Source of the DNA: an uncultured Alphaproteobacteria bacterium
Lineage (GTDB): Bacteria > Pseudomonadota > Alphaproteobacteria > SP197
DNA: 64,000 nucleotides
Direction: 5' to 3'
NCBI GenBank assembly: GCA_938048755.1
Contig: CALIUG010000072.1
Coordinates: forward strand, 3,258 to 67,257
Part shown: in pieces, positions 29,060 to 38,490 of the stretch
How positions within the stretch are numbered: position 1 is the first letter of the stretch
Layout: each line of letters opens with the position of its first letter
Notes under the pieces: generated by a model
Told to the model about the DNA's origin: nothing
The model's database searches: none
What the model saw: the letters and a program-made list of their open reading frames with translations, nothing else
Position numbers and translations under genes: made by a program

Positions 29060-29783
29060 ATGACATCCTCACCGCGCAAGGTACGGGCAGGCATCGCCTC
29101 GGGCTTTCTTTGTGGTGTAATCGGCCTGTTTTCACCGACGGCCGGCCTCTCCGACGATACGGGATTTTATGGCGGGATCACCGGCCAGGCCGTTTCGGTC
29201 GAAAAGATCGGCCATGGTGGCTCAGCTGGTCTGGGCGGTCTGCCCGGGCTGATCATCACGACAGAGTATGACCTTGGATACGGCGTGCTGGCCTCGCTGG
29301 GCTATGACTTTCCCGGCGGCTTTCGTGCAGAGCTCGAGGGCGGCTATCGAAGAAGCGAGGTCGACCATGTCGTGATCTCGTCGGATGGTGGTCTTGGCAA
29401 TGCCATCGGTGTCGGTTCGCTCGATGGCCTTTCGATAGAGGGCAATGGCAATGCCGAGGCTCTCTCGGGCATGGTGAACGTCTACTACGATCATGATATG
29501 GGCGGAGGCTTTGCGCCCTATCTCATGGGCGGGGCAGGTTTTGCCCGGATATCGAACAAGATGGCCATTTTTGGCACCATCCTGGTCGACGACCATGACG
29601 TTGTCCCGGCATGGCAGTTTGGTCTTGGGGGCCGGGTATGCCCTGACCGATCGGGTGACCGTTTCGGGCGGTTACCGTTACTTCGCGGCAACCGAAACCG
29701 AAATCCAGGATGCTGCCGGCAATGCTATCAACGGCGAATATGTCAGCCACAGCTTTGAATTCGGCATCCGCGTTTCGTTCTGA
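29060..29783 (+). pseudogene. outer-membrane beta-barrel protein (OmpA-like porin family) with a +1 frameshift at a G5 run near 29634
   Basis: Signal peptide, alternating beta-strand pattern and C-terminal ...YVSHSFEFGIRVSF ending in Phe. The frame switches between ..VVPAWQFGLGG (frame of 29036) and AGYALTDRVTVSGGYRYF (frame of 29493). Deleting one g from cttgggggccggg restores a continuous porin. Confidence 0.65.
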
Positions 29784-29923
29784 ACGTCATGGAAATCTTG
29801 CTGTTACGCCTGTTTGGCTTTAAGAGAACAAAACAGGAATATCAGGTGTTTCACTGCCCAGGAGAATGTTTGGGGTGCATGGGGTTGAATTCGCGCTTTT
29901 TGAAATGCCCCTTCCGGGAAACC

Positions 29924-30913
29924 TCAGTCGCGGTTGAACAGGCGTCCCAGAAGGCCCCTGCGGCGCGGTTCGTCCTCGTCTTCAGGCATGGACGGCGGCT
30001 GCAGTGCCGACTGGCGGATCTGTGCTGCAACCTCTTCGGCGCGCGGGTCGGTATGACGCGGCGTTGCCTGCATCTGGCGCGGTTTGATCGTGCCGCCGAT
30101 CTGCTGGGGCTGGGAAGCAGGCTGTGCCGCTGGCTCTTGCGGCGTGAACGTGTTGAAGGCCTCGGTCTTCACGATCGGTTCGGGCTGTTCCGAAGCAGGT
30201 TGTGCCGGCTGCGCTGCAACGGGTTCGGGCTCTGTGGGCGCAACGGGTGCGGGTTCCGGCTCCGGTTCCGACTGAGGCGTGTCGACCTTGGTCGCCAGCA
30301 TGGTCAGGGCTTCGGCGATCGCACCCATTTGTTCCTGGCGGCGGCCTTCAGCCGAGGCCATGGCCGCCATCTGCTCGGCCAGGCGCGCCTGTTCCTCGGC
30401 AATGGCCTGCGCGCGATGGTCGATCTCGACCGGCTTTGCGGCATTGCGTTCGACGGTCTGCATGACGCCATACATGGCCGCGGCGATCTGCTCCATGCGG
30501 CCGGTCAGCACGGCTTCCGTGCGGTCGATCCGTGTGGCAAGGGCGCCCTCGTTACCGCCTTTTTCCAGATGCTGCACCAACGCGCCCAGGGCGCCGGCCA
30601 GTTCGGGCGTGCGGTCGGTGGTGGCGGGAAGGTTGGCCTGGTTTGTATCGGTCTCGGCTTCGCCGAGATCCCGGTCGGCGGCGCGAATCACCGTTTCGGT
30701 CAGCCACTCGCCGATGGTCATGTGCCGACGGTGGGCCGCACGCGCAGCCTTGGCACGGGCTTCGCGCGCAACACCGCGCACGGACCAGGGTTGCCTGTCC
30801 TTCACCGTCCCAACTTTCGTGTCGATTTCACCATCGCCCCATGGTGCGTGAAGACGAGTCGCGATTCCAGCGGTTTCGAGCAGGGAGTTGCACCATTCCG
30901 GGCAGAAGGTCAC
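29924..30913 (-). CDS. PodJ-like N-terminal-motif protein with coiled-coil and Pro/Glu-rich linker (possible polar-localization factor)
   Basis: KDRQPWSVRGVAREARAKAARAAHRRHMTIGEWLTETV matches the conserved alphaproteobacterial PWSVKGIxxxAREIAKxxARRSGMTLGEWLN motif (Caulobacter PodJ N-terminus). A Gln/Ala coiled-coil and a PEPEPAP tract follow. The start may be the GTG just before KDRQPWSV. Confidence 0.5.
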   Translation of the reverse strand: MTFCPEWCNSLLETAGIATRLHAPWGDGEIDTKVGTVKDRQPWSVRGVAREARAKAARAAHRRHMTIGEWLTETVIRAADRDLGEAETDTNQANLPATTDRTPELAGALGALVQHLEKGGNEGALATRIDRTEAVLTGRMEQIAAAMYGVMQTVERNAAKPVEIDHRAQAIAEEQARLAEQMAAMASAEGRRQEQMGAIAEALTMLATKVDTPQSEPEPEPAPVAPTEPEPVAAQPAQPASEQPEPIVKTEAFNTFTPQEPAAQPASQPQQIGGTIKPRQMQATPRHTDPRAEEVAAQIRQSALQPPSMPEDEDEPRRRGLLGRLFNRD

Positions 30914-31072
30914 CGATCAAAGGATGGCAAGCCCGGCTTGGCGTCCTTTGAAGAGCCGCGACTGCGGCCCCGCGCCGCATGGCGCGTGAGCCAAGGGATA
31001 CGGATGTATCCCGCCCGGCGCCTGAGGGCTCCCAAAGACGAACCTTCAGGTTCGGCTTTGGGAATACGAACA

Positions 31073-32680
31073 TCAATAACCCAGGGCGATACCGTCTTTT
31101 CGGGGTTCGGTGCCGCCGGCCAAGGTGCCCTGATCCCAGTCGATCCAGATGGCCTGTCCGCCGCCGAAGGCTTCGGGCGTGATGGCGACCCGGTGACCCC
31201 TGCGGGCGAGGTCGTGCATGACGTGCGGCGGTACCGAGGGTTCGACATAAACCGCGCCGCGTTCATGACAGAAGCGCGGCAGGTCCAGAGCCTGCTGCGG
31301 GTCCATGCCATAGAGCAGCATGTTCTGTAGGACATGGGTGTGGCCCCAGGGCTGGTAGTCGCCGCCCATCACGCCGAACGGCATGATCGCGCGTTCGCCC
31401 CGGGTCAGCATCGCCGGGATGATGGTGTGCATGGGCCGCTTGCCGGGCTCGATGTTGTTGCGATGGCCTGGCTCGATGACAAAGCCGCAGCCGCGGTTCT
31501 GCAGCACGACGCCGGACTTCGGTGCAACCCGCGCCGAACCGAAGGAGAAGTAGGTCGAGTTGATGAAGCTGGCCGCATTGCGGTCCTTGTCGACCACGGT
31601 CAGGTAGACGGTGTTGGGTGTGCTGGGCAGGCTGGGGCCCGGCACGTTTTTCATGGCGCGATGCGGGTCGATATCGGCGCGCAGCATGTCGGCATAGTGA
31701 TCCGACAGCAGGGTATCGACGGGAATGTCGGCCATGGCCGGATCGGCGACATATTCGGCACGGTCGCGGAAGGCCAGGCGTCCGGCCTCGATCGTGAGGT
31801 GCAGGCGATCGGCCGAAAGCGGGTCCATCGATCCGATGTCGTAACCTTTCAGGATGTTCATCATGATCAGCGCCACGATGCCCTGGCCGTTGGGCGGGCA
31901 TTCATGGACGCGATAGCCGTTCATCTCGGTCGAGATGGGATCGACATATTCGCCGGCTGCTGCGGCAAAATCGTCAAGCGTATGCAGGCCACCCAACTCG
32001 TTGAGGTAGCCGACAATGTCTTCGGCAACCCAACCCGTGTAGAACCCGTCGCGTCCCTTGGCCGCGACCGCTTCCATGGTCTTGGCGAGCAGCGGTTGCG
32101 TGTGTTTGGAACCCAGGCTGGGTGCATGTCCGCCGACCAGCAGGATGTTCTTGGCGTTGGCGTCGCCGGAAAGGCGTTCCTCGGCATCGACCCAGGATTC
32201 ATGGACGACCGGGGCAATGGTGTAACCCTCAGCAGCGTGATGGATCGCCAGGCGCAGCACCTCGCCGATCTCCATATTGCCGTGGTCCTCGACCAGGCGG
32301 CACCAGGCATCAATGGTGCCCGGCACCGTGACCGCATGGGGGCTTTCGGTCTCGAACGACGTGATGCCGTTTTCCAGAAACCATTCGGCTTTGGCGGCAC
32401 CCGGTGCACGGCCCGAGCCGTTATAGGCAATGACGTTGGATGTCCCCTTGGGTGCGTAGAGACAGAAGACATCGCCTCCCACACCGGTCGACATCGGTTC
32501 GACCACGGCCAGCGTCGCGGCGGCGGCAACCGCGGCATCCATGGCATTGCCGCCTGCGCGCAGAATATCGATGGCGGTCATCGACGCAGCAGGATGCGAC
32601 GTGCAGGCCATGCCGTGTTCGGCATAGGCGGTGGAACGGGGCGGGGAATAGCTGTTGCGCATCGGTCTGGATCTCGCCAT
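31073..32680 (-). CDS. ggt: gamma-glutamyltransferase
   Basis: GGT family throughout (TSHPAAS...GGNAMDAAVAAAATLAVVEP, catalytic Thr context TTHxS). Start taken at MARSRPMRN (32680). The first 49 codons of the track ORF translate a repeat element. Confidence 0.85.
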   Translation of the reverse strand: MARSRPMRNSYSPPRSTAYAEHGMACTSHPAASMTAIDILRAGGNAMDAAVAAAATLAVVEPMSTGVGGDVFCLYAPKGTSNVIAYNGSGRAPGAAKAEWFLENGITSFETESPHAVTVPGTIDAWCRLVEDHGNMEIGEVLRLAIHHAAEGYTIAPVVHESWVDAEERLSGDANAKNILLVGGHAPSLGSKHTQPLLAKTMEAVAAKGRDGFYTGWVAEDIVGYLNELGGLHTLDDFAAAAGEYVDPISTEMNGYRVHECPPNGQGIVALIMMNILKGYDIGSMDPLSADRLHLTIEAGRLAFRDRAEYVADPAMADIPVDTLLSDHYADMLRADIDPHRAMKNVPGPSLPSTPNTVYLTVVDKDRNAASFINSTYFSFGSARVAPKSGVVLQNRGCGFVIEPGHRNNIEPGKRPMHTIIPAMLTRGERAIMPFGVMGGDYQPWGHTHVLQNMLLYGMDPQQALDLPRFCHERGAVYVEPSVPPHVMHDLARRGHRVAITPEAFGGGQAIWIDWDQGTLAGGTEPRKDGIALGY

Positions 32681-32794
32681 GGAAATGAAGCCTTCGAGGA
32701 TGAATGGGCAGCATACAACATGACAAGAGACCGAAGCGCCACCCTCGAAATCGATTGCCGCGTGTGCGCTGCACGGAGCCGCGCAAGAATGTTG

Positions 32795-32978
32795 TTCACG
32801 CGGAGACGCGGAGAACGCGGAGTTCATGGCATGATCACAGCAGGATCGTGTTGCCTGGCATTTCTGCCGCGTTCACGCGGCATCCAGAACACGGCCAGAT
32901 CGACTGCAACGATGCCGGGAAGTTCGGTAGCCTTTCGGAACGCTCACACCTCCGCGCCCTCCGCGTCTCCGCGTGAGA
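32795..32978. repeat. second copy of the MITE-like element family whose terminal inverted repeats contain triple heptamers
   Basis: gttcacgcggagacgcggagaacgcggag at 32797-32825. Its inverse ctccgcgccctccgcgtctccgcgtga at 32948-32975. Same architecture as 25870-26090 (TCACGCrGAGACGCrGAGAaCGCrGAG). Confidence 0.65.
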
Positions 32979-33077
32979 AATCCTGTTCCTTCGCGCGCTC
33001 CGCTGATGGAGGACTGCGTTACTTGACGCTGAACCACCCGCAGCCCCAAGCTGGCGGTTCTTCAAGGAGTAGAGCCT

Positions 33078-34214
33078 ATGTCCGAGGGATTGGCGCGTGT
33101 GCGCGCGGCGTTGACGTCTGCCGAACAAAGCAGTCATGACGCGGGCTGGACCATGCCGTCGGCGTTTTACACCGACCCCGACTTTCATGCGCTCGAGCTT
33201 GAGCACTTGTTTGCCCGGGAGTGGCATTGTGTCGGGCGTGTCGAGGAAATCGCCAAACCCGGCCAGTGGTTTCCCTATCGTTTGCTCAACGAGCCGCTTG
33301 TCATCACCCATGCTCCCGATGGGACGATCCGCGCGTTGTCCAATGTCTGCCGCCATCGCGGCACGCTGATCGCGACCGACAAGGGCAAGGGCCGGCGTCT
33401 GCTCTGCCCCTATCATCACTGGGCCTATGACCTGACCGGCCAGCTGAAGGCAGCACCCAAGATCGAGGAGCGTCCGGGCTTCACGGTCAAGGACTGCAAG
33501 CTGCCAAGCTTCCCCTGCGAGGTCTGGTTGGGGTTCATCTATGTGAGCCTTGATCAGCAGGCCAAACCCTTTGCGCCCCAGGTTGCCGATCTCGAAGCCA
33601 TGATCGGGCCCTATCACATGGAGGACATGTGGCTGGGTTACACCGGCGAGGCGGTCTGGGAGACCAACTGGAAATCCATGATCGAGAATTACATGGAGGG
33701 TTATCACTTGAGCCCGCTCCACAAGACCGGTCTTGCCAATCTCAACCCGACCGACATGTGTGAACATCTCGAGCCCCAGGAGAACTGGTTCGGTTACTCC
33801 GTCGGCTTCCCCGAAGATCTGCCGCGTGTGACGTCGGGCGATCCCAGTCTCACGAAACACCAGTCCAATACCTGCATCATGGCCATGATCCATCCCGGCA
33901 ATGGCATCGGGCTTGCGGCCGATTACAGCTCCTATCTCTGCATCCAGCCCGAAGGCACCGACAAGGTGCGTTACAAGGCAGGCATCCTGTTCTGGGGTGA
34001 TGACTGGCCGCAATCGGTGGTCGACCGCGCGGTTGAGCTGTTCCATCAAACCATGGAGGAGGACCGCTCGGTGCTGGAACCCATGATGATGGGTTACCAG
34101 TCGGCGCACCACGCGCCTGGTCCCATCGCGCCGCCACCTCTGGAAGGCACGATCCTCGATCTTGCCAAGTATGCTGCGCGCCGCCTGGGCCCCGTGATCG
34201 ACGCAACGGCCTGA
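33078..34214 (+). CDS. Rieske [2Fe-2S] non-heme-iron oxygenase, alpha-subunit-like (GbcA, CntA or Stc2-type oxygenase/demethylase)
   Basis: Rieske motif CRHRG...CPYHHW. C-terminal mononuclear-iron domain (EGYHLSPLH). 378 aa. Confidence 0.8.
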   Translation: MSEGLARVRAALTSAEQSSHDAGWTMPSAFYTDPDFHALELEHLFAREWHCVGRVEEIAKPGQWFPYRLLNEPLVITHAPDGTIRALSNVCRHRGTLIATDKGKGRRLLCPYHHWAYDLTGQLKAAPKIEERPGFTVKDCKLPSFPCEVWLGFIYVSLDQQAKPFAPQVADLEAMIGPYHMEDMWLGYTGEAVWETNWKSMIENYMEGYHLSPLHKTGLANLNPTDMCEHLEPQENWFGYSVGFPEDLPRVTSGDPSLTKHQSNTCIMAMIHPGNGIGLAADYSSYLCIQPEGTDKVRYKAGILFWGDDWPQSVVDRAVELFHQTMEEDRSVLEPMMMGYQSAHHAPGPIAPPPLEGTILDLAKYAARRLGPVIDATA

Positions 34215-34233
34215 ACGCCGAAGGGATGCTTGT

Positions 34234-34833
34234 GTGAGTGACAAACGTTACGAGGTGCTGCGAAAGGAAGAACTCTACGACGGCTACTTTCGCGCCGACC
34301 GCTGGCATGTCCGCTACAGGCGCCACGACGGAACCTGGTTGGACGAACACGGTCTCGAGGTGTTCGACCGCGGCCATGCCGTTTCCGTCCTGCCCTATGA
34401 CGCCAAGGCCGATGCCGTGGTGCTGGTCGAACAGTTCCGTGTTGCCGCCGCGCCGACCACCGATCCGCCCTGGCTGATGGAGGCGGTTGCCGGTGCGACC
34501 AAGCCGGGCGAAGTGCCCGAAGAGGTCGCACGCCGCGAAGCCCTGGAAGAGGCCGGTCTGGAACTGGGCGATCTGAAACGCCTGCCGCGCTTCCTGCCCA
34601 GTCCCGGGGCGGTCACCGAAGAACTCCACGTCTTTATCGGCCAGGCCGACAGCACAAAGGCAGGCGGCCTGCACGGCCTTGCTGACGAACATGAAGACAT
34701 CCAGGTCCATGTCGTTGCCTTCGACGAAGTACTCGCCATGGTCGAAGACGGCCGCATCGTCGCCGCCAACACCGTCATCCCCGTGCTCTGGCTTGCCCTC
34801 CATAAGGAGGAGATGCAGGAGGCCTGGGGTTAG
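34234..34833 (+). CDS. NUDIX hydrolase (ADP-ribose pyrophosphatase-like)
   Basis: GTG start. Nudix box GEVPEEVARREALEEAGLEL. 199 aa. Confidence 0.8.
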   Translation: MSDKRYEVLRKEELYDGYFRADRWHVRYRRHDGTWLDEHGLEVFDRGHAVSVLPYDAKADAVVLVEQFRVAAAPTTDPPWLMEAVAGATKPGEVPEEVARREALEEAGLELGDLKRLPRFLPSPGAVTEELHVFIGQADSTKAGGLHGLADEHEDIQVHVVAFDEVLAMVEDGRIVAANTVIPVLWLALHKEEMQEAWG

Positions 34834-34871
34834 CTCAGCCGGACGTGTTCGGGTTATCTCTGGGAGTTGTG

Positions 34872-35645
34872 ATGAACGAAGGTATCGACTGCGTCACGTT
34901 TGATGAAGGACAGGGCAGGCCGCTTGTCTTTGTCCACGGGAACGTTTCCACCCATGCGGTCTGGAACGGTGTGGTTGCACCGCTCAGGGATGATTTCCGC
35001 TGCATCTCCTATGATCTCAGGGGCCATGGGGCCACACCGCTGCCCGATGAGCGTTTCGAACTCGATGATCTCGTTGCCGATCTCGAACGGTTGAGAAGCA
35101 GGCTGGAGCTTGAACGGATCGATCTTGTTGCGCATTCGCTGGGCGGCATCATCACGACCGCCTATGCCCGGCAGTTTCCCGAACGCGTGCGCAGCCTTTC
35201 ACTTCTGGCGACACCGGCCTTCCGGACAACGCAAGCGATGGAAGGATCAGCAGCGCTGGTCGAAAAGGTGCGCCGGGAAGGTCTGGTGCCTGCATTACAG
35301 GATATGGCATCGACCTGGTATCGCGAGGAATTCTCCTCAAAACATCCAGATGCTCATGAGCGCAGGCTGGGCGAGATCATGATGCTTGATGAGAAAACCG
35401 TTCTCAAAAGCATGGAGCTCACGGCCGCGAGCGAAATTGGGCCGTGGCTCGAATCTCTCGAACTGCCCGTGCTCATTCTCACCGGCGAGTTTGCCGTGGG
35501 CTGCGATGCCGGCACCGCCCGCCTGATGCACGAGCGGGTCGCGGGATCGAAGCTGATTGTGCTCGAAGGATTCAAGAACGGCATCCTGACCGAAATCCCG
35601 CATGTGGTTGCCGAAAAAATACGAGGTTTTGTTACGGCGACCTGA
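34872..35645 (+). CDS. alpha/beta-fold hydrolase
   Basis: LVFVHGNVSTH...VAHSLGG (GxSxG). 257 aa from MNEGIDC. Confidence 0.75.
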   Translation: MNEGIDCVTFDEGQGRPLVFVHGNVSTHAVWNGVVAPLRDDFRCISYDLRGHGATPLPDERFELDDLVADLERLRSRLELERIDLVAHSLGGIITTAYARQFPERVRSLSLLATPAFRTTQAMEGSAALVEKVRREGLVPALQDMASTWYREEFSSKHPDAHERRLGEIMMLDEKTVLKSMELTAASEIGPWLESLELPVLILTGEFAVGCDAGTARLMHERVAGSKLIVLEGFKNGILTEIPHVVAEKIRGFVTAT

Positions 35646-35668
35646 CGTGGTTGATGCAGCCGCCAGGT

Positions 35669-36724
35669 TCAGGCCACACCGGCCTTGCGCAGCATGTCGT
35701 GGAGCAGGGCGACACCTTCCTCGTGGCGCGGGCTGAGCGGGCCGCCGGGGAAGACGCCGCTGGCGAGGTTGGCGTGCACGGCTTCGCTGATCGCCATGTC
35801 CTCGCTTACCAGGTCCTTCACGCCTTCTGATGTCGCGGCCTTCTGTTCCTCGCTGAGCCCGGCGTCCGGATCGACGAAGATGTCAAAATGGACGCGGGTC
35901 TTTTCAGGCGAGAGCGGACAGATGCGCGAGACGTCATACCCGCCGGGGAACGTGACCAGCGTGAAGGCAGGCCAGGTCCAGGTCCACAGGCCTTCGTAGA
36001 GTCCGCCGGCCTTGGCGGTCGCACGCATGGTGACGGTGTTGGTATGGGCGCGGGTCACGAAGGTGCCTGTTTCCAGTTCGGCATCGAAAGCGGGATGGAC
36101 CGAGGGCACGTGATAACCCTCGACATAGTTCTCCAGGTAGACCTTCCAGTTGGCGTCAAAATCGACATACCAGGAATCATAGAGATCGCAGCGCTCCAGC
36201 GGCCTCTCGCCGATCAGGCCGGGCAGATCGGTCAGTGCGTCTTCCAGCGGTTCGGGGTCTTCGCCCAGATGCACGAAGACATGGCCGCGCCAGTCCTGGA
36301 CATGGACCGGCAACAGGCCGTGATCTTCGCAGCGGAAGCCCGCAACTTCGCCGAATTCCGGTGTCGTGCGCAGTCCGCCGTCCAGCCCATAGGCCCAGCG
36401 ATGGTATGGGCAGGTCAGCACGGCGGAGCGTGCATACCCGTCGGCTTCGATGATCGGTGCAGCGCGATGGCGGCAGATGTTGTGGAAACCCTTCAGGCTG
36501 CCATCGCTCTGGCGCACCACCAGAACACGGTAGCCTGCGAAACTCGCCGCCAGATGATCGCCCGTGCGAACAAGGCTGCGGGCATCGCCGACATACTGCC
36601 AGCTGGCCGCAAAGACCTGCCTGCGGTCGGCCTGCCAGGTCTCCTGGCTGGTGTAGATCGCAGGGTCCGGGCTCATGGTCAGCGTGCGTGACAGGCGGGT
36701 GCCGTAACCTTCGGGCATATTCAT
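35669..36724 (-). CDS. Rieske [2Fe-2S] non-heme-iron oxygenase, alpha-subunit-like
   Basis: CRHRAAP...CPYHRWAY Rieske motif. RBS ggagag precedes ATG 36724. 351 aa. Confidence 0.8.
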   Translation of the reverse strand: MNMPEGYGTRLSRTLTMSPDPAIYTSQETWQADRRQVFAASWQYVGDARSLVRTGDHLAASFAGYRVLVVRQSDGSLKGFHNICRHRAAPIIEADGYARSAVLTCPYHRWAYGLDGGLRTTPEFGEVAGFRCEDHGLLPVHVQDWRGHVFVHLGEDPEPLEDALTDLPGLIGERPLERCDLYDSWYVDFDANWKVYLENYVEGYHVPSVHPAFDAELETGTFVTRAHTNTVTMRATAKAGGLYEGLWTWTWPAFTLVTFPGGYDVSRICPLSPEKTRVHFDIFVDPDAGLSEEQKAATSEGVKDLVSEDMAISEAVHANLASGVFPGGPLSPRHEEGVALLHDMLRKAGVA

Positions 36725-36783
36725 CGGTAGCTCTCCAAGGGATCACGTCGTGATTAAACGCCTGCAGGCGCTGCAGCGCAATC

Positions 36784-38001
36784 TCAACCCAACAGGCGCG
36801 CGCCTTCACCAGCGAGCACTGCGATGCTGAAGAGTGCGGCGACCCAGGGCCACCAGCCCGGCACCGTGAAGCGGGGAGCAGGAAGGTCAGCGCGACGTTT
36901 GATGGCGATGAGCGCGATGTTGACGGTGGCGAAGGTCGTCAGCGTGAGGACCGCACCCAGTTGGGCAAGGATACCGATCGGCATGGCAAGGGCGCAGGTC
37001 AGCACGAACCCAGCCGCAGCCAGGGTGGCCGGCACGGGCGTTCCCGTCACCGACCAGACATGGCCCAGGAATCGGGGAAGCGAACGCTGGGACGCCAGAC
37101 CGTACAGGACCCGCGAGCCCATGATGATCAGCACCAGTGCACCGTTGATGGTCGCGAAGGCTGCGACCACGGCAAAGGGTGCCGAGGACCAGCCCGTTGC
37201 CCTTTCGAAGACCAGAGCCAGGGGTGCCTCGCTTGCTGCAAGATCCTCGACCCCGGTGACGGCAGCGGAGACCCAGGCAAGGGCGACATAGAGCACGGTG
37301 GTCAAAAGGAGGGTCGCCACAATGGCGCGCGGCATGGTGCGTTCGGGTTCGCGCACCTCCTCGGCGACATTGACCATGTCTTCAAAGCCGATGAAGGCAA
37401 AAAAGGCGATGACCACGGCACCCATGAAGCCGCTGCCGGTCACCGCCATCTCGGTTACGGGCGCACTCTCGATCACGGCTACGGGGGTGGCGACGATCAG
37501 TATGACCAGCAGACCGGCAAGTTCGACCAGCGTCACGACAGCGATGATGGTCACCGATTCGGCGATACCCCAGATGGCGAGCGCAGTCAGCAGAACGATC
37601 AGGAACACTGCGATGAACCATGGCGGAAGTGCGATGAGCGAGGCGATGTAGCCCGAGGATCCGACCACCACGGCACCTGCGGATACAAGCCCGGCGACCG
37701 CGACCATGAACCCCACGACCAGGGCAAAGCTGGCGCTGCCGAATCCCTCGCGCACATAGATCGCTTCGCCGGCACTGCGCGGAAAACGCGCCGAGAGTTC
37801 GGCAAAGGACATGGCCGACATGCCGGCAACCAGTGCCGCGGTGAGAAAGGCCAGGGGAGCCAGAGGTCCGGCATGACCGGCGACCTTGCCAACCAGAACG
37901 TAGATGCCCGCACCCACGGTGACGCCGACGCCGTAAAGCGTCAGGCTGATGACACCCAGGCGGCGTCGCAAGACGTTGGAAGGCGAATCGCTCGTTTTCA
38001 T
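36784..38001 (-). CDS. APC-family amino acid/amine permease
   Basis: 12 TM segments. N-terminal LRRRLGVISLTLYGVGVTVGAGIYVLVG signature of the APC superfamily. Same strand as, and immediately upstream of, the Rieske oxygenase. Confidence 0.8.
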   Translation of the reverse strand: MKTSDSPSNVLRRRLGVISLTLYGVGVTVGAGIYVLVGKVAGHAGPLAPLAFLTAALVAGMSAMSFAELSARFPRSAGEAIYVREGFGSASFALVVGFMVAVAGLVSAGAVVVGSSGYIASLIALPPWFIAVFLIVLLTALAIWGIAESVTIIAVVTLVELAGLLVILIVATPVAVIESAPVTEMAVTGSGFMGAVVIAFFAFIGFEDMVNVAEEVREPERTMPRAIVATLLLTTVLYVALAWVSAAVTGVEDLAASEAPLALVFERATGWSSAPFAVVAAFATINGALVLIIMGSRVLYGLASQRSLPRFLGHVWSVTGTPVPATLAAAGFVLTCALAMPIGILAQLGAVLTLTTFATVNIALIAIKRRADLPAPRFTVPGWWPWVAALFSIAVLAGEGARLLG

Positions 38002-38053
38002 GCCCCATGATCGCCGCGTGACCGCGTTGCTGCTTTGACCCAGCGCAATCCCT

Positions 38054-38482
38054 TCAGACCGCAGGATCCGTCCACTCCCGCAGGCGCCGGGCAGCCAGCA
38101 GGGCAAAACGCAGGGTCTGGGCTTTCCGGCGAGCGGTGTTCATGGGCGCTTCCGCGGATGGGCGCAGGATCGTGGCATCGAACCGATCGGCCACGATCAG
38201 GCCATGGTCCTCGGGCAGGACCTCCTGGGGAAAATCTTCCGGCACGGCAAAGAAGTAGAAGTCACAGAATTCCAGGTATTCCGGCCACTTGGTGTCGGAC
38301 CGGAAGTCGGCCAGTGAGGTCTTGATCTCGACAATCGTGAAGCGGCCTTTCTGGTCCAGCGCGATGACATCGGCGCGCCTCCCGTTCTTGACCGTGAACT
38401 CTGCGAGGCTTGCCTGACCGGCATCCTCGAAGTGGCGGGCAATGCCGCGCGCCAGGCCGATGGCACGGCGTTCGTCCGCGCC
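38054..38482 (-). CDS. MmcB-family PD-(D/E)xK nuclease-like DNA repair protein
   Basis: RADVIALDQKGRFTIVEIKTSLADF core typical of MmcB. Probable GTG start overlapping the cobT stop. Confidence 0.55.
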   Translation of the reverse strand, partial: GADERRAIGLARGIARHFEDAGQASLAEFTVKNGRRADVIALDQKGRFTIVEIKTSLADFRSDTKWPEYLEFCDFYFFAVPEDFPQEVLPEDHGLIVADRFDATILRPSAEAPMNTARRKAQTLRFALLAARRLREWTDPAV

Positions 38483-38490
38483 CACTTCGC

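Noticed and set aside
31073-32827. Longer GGT ORF starting at 32827 (MNSAFSASPREQ...).
   Set aside because: The extra 49 codons translate the heptamer-repeat MITE-like element. A proper start with RBS exists at 32680 (MARSRPMRN), and GGT homology begins there.
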